Source of the DNA: Mobula hypostoma
Lineage: Eukaryota
NCBI RefSeq assembly: GCF_963921235.1
Contig: NC_086097.1
Span: forward strand, 222,086,001-222,150,000
Direction: 5' to 3'
Length of the DNA stretch: 64,000 nt
Notes under the pieces: model-generated
Database searches by the model: none
Told to the model about the DNA's origin: nothing
What the model saw: only the letters and a program-made list of their open reading frames with translations
Part shown: positions 63,931-64,000 of the stretch, piece by piece
How the letters are laid out: every line of letters starts with the position of its first letter
How positions within the stretch are numbered: the first letter of the stretch is position 1
Program-made: the position numbers and the translations under genes

Positions 63931-64000
63931 AGGGAGGAGGAGATAGCTGCGTGCCACGCGTGCGCAGCCCTCCAGTGAAAATGATATCGTATCCATTAAA
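63931..64000 (+). mobile_element. 5' start of a relative of the AAGATGGCG-headed family, running off the window
   Basis: GGAGGAGGAGATAGCTGCG...GCGCAGCCCTCCAGTGAAAATGATATC resembles the 5' end of 57619-58212. Confidence 0.55.

Noticed and set aside
1..64000. CRISPR arrays, rRNA or bona fide tRNA genes
   Set aside because: None seen; short tandem repeats are LINE tails, and the only A/B boxes belong to a decayed SINE head.

Overview
Repeat-dominated eukaryotic (vertebrate) non-coding DNA. The mix of CR1, Rex1/Babar, RTE, Penelope, Gypsy, Tigger and V-SINE elements suggests a cartilaginous fish such as a ray (inference, not searched). I found no intact host protein-coding exon, rRNA, tRNA gene or CRISPR array, and nearly all tracked ORFs are decayed transposon frames or their antisense shadows. 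Main points: (1) a minus-strand Gypsy LTR element (6096-9969) has its RT/RNaseH/integrase region replaced by an intron-less fragment of the host splicing-factor gene RBM25, i.e. LTR-mediated gene capture; (2) a TSD-flanked non-autonomous RTE-like retroelement (621-1194) begins with a complete HDV-like ribozyme fold carrying an unusual hairpin in L3; (3) TSD-flanked Penelope mini-elements carry minimal hammerhead motifs; (4) non-coding families have YY1-like AAGATGGCG heads and LINE-type tails; (5) a 69-bp insertion was copied from 4.7 kb away; (6) several deeply nested insertions occur. Family names come from motif recognition by eye, and boundaries are approximate unless a TSD, TIR or LTR is cited.
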